Assembly: GCF_033153115.1 (NCBI RefSeq)
Contig: NW_026889803.1
Location: forward strand, 27,652,001 to 27,716,000
DNA length: 64,000 nucleotides
From: Saccostrea echinata
Taxonomy: Eukaryota
Direction: 5' to 3'
Part shown: positions 63,612 to 64,000 of the stretch, piece after piece
Numbering within the stretch: position 1 is the first letter of the stretch
How the letters are laid out: every line of letters begins with the position of its first letter
Notes under the pieces: model-generated
Database searches by the model: none
The model's input: only the letters and a program-made list of their open reading frames with translations
Told to the model about the DNA's origin: nothing
Made by a program: the position numbers and the translations under genes

Positions 63612-64000
63612 ATTTTTCAGGTAAGTTGTCATTTTTTTCTGACTCCCCCTTTCAAAAACGATACTACGTGCTTGATGTATACTACTTTGTTGGTGTTTGC
63701 TTTGTTTATATGTTTTTGATAGGTTGAAGAAAGCTTCAGTATTAAAACCATTAGTCATCCGTTGTTGTAAAAGGTTAGTGTATTTATAAGATCTTGTGCT
63801 CTTGGCTGTTTGTCACGGAAGTCGTGCGCAGCATCGAAATTCTTAAACGATACATGTATTGTAGATTTCAGAGGAAGGAAATATAACCTAGGCCGAAATT
63901 TCTCCAAGGCGATGAACACATGTATTACAAGACATAAAAATACTTCGTAACTGAAACAAATATCAGTATTATTCACATTACCTCATGATCACAATCGTGT

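Noticed and set aside
1-64000. CRISPR arrays, operons or other prokaryotic systems
   Set aside because: No regularly spaced repeat-spacer array. The sequence is intron-containing eukaryotic DNA.

Overview
AT-rich eukaryotic genomic DNA, most likely a bivalve mollusc (probably an oyster, inferred from the repeat families). The only intact protein-coding gene I can support is a five-exon Iroquois (Irx) TALE-class homeobox gene on the + strand: CDS join(14574..14627,14928..15158,15665..15783,16530..16879,18522..19213), about 481 aa, with the N-terminal Cys motif, homeodomain, acidic patch and a diverged IRO box. It lies in an apparent gene desert (about 14.5 kb upstream, about 45 kb downstream). 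The desert contains candidate enhancer islands (POU/Sox/Meis/COE, nuclear-receptor, GATA/NK2, T-box and TCF motifs) and decayed mobile elements: a Penelope-like RT fragment, an RTE LINE, a tRNA-derived Deu/Nin-domain SINE with a 13-bp TSD, a Helentron-type HINE and several MITE/foldback elements. I found no prokaryote-style system and no clearly novel gene system. The most interesting leads are regulatory architecture and protein motifs, and these are hypotheses. All motif counts were made by eye.
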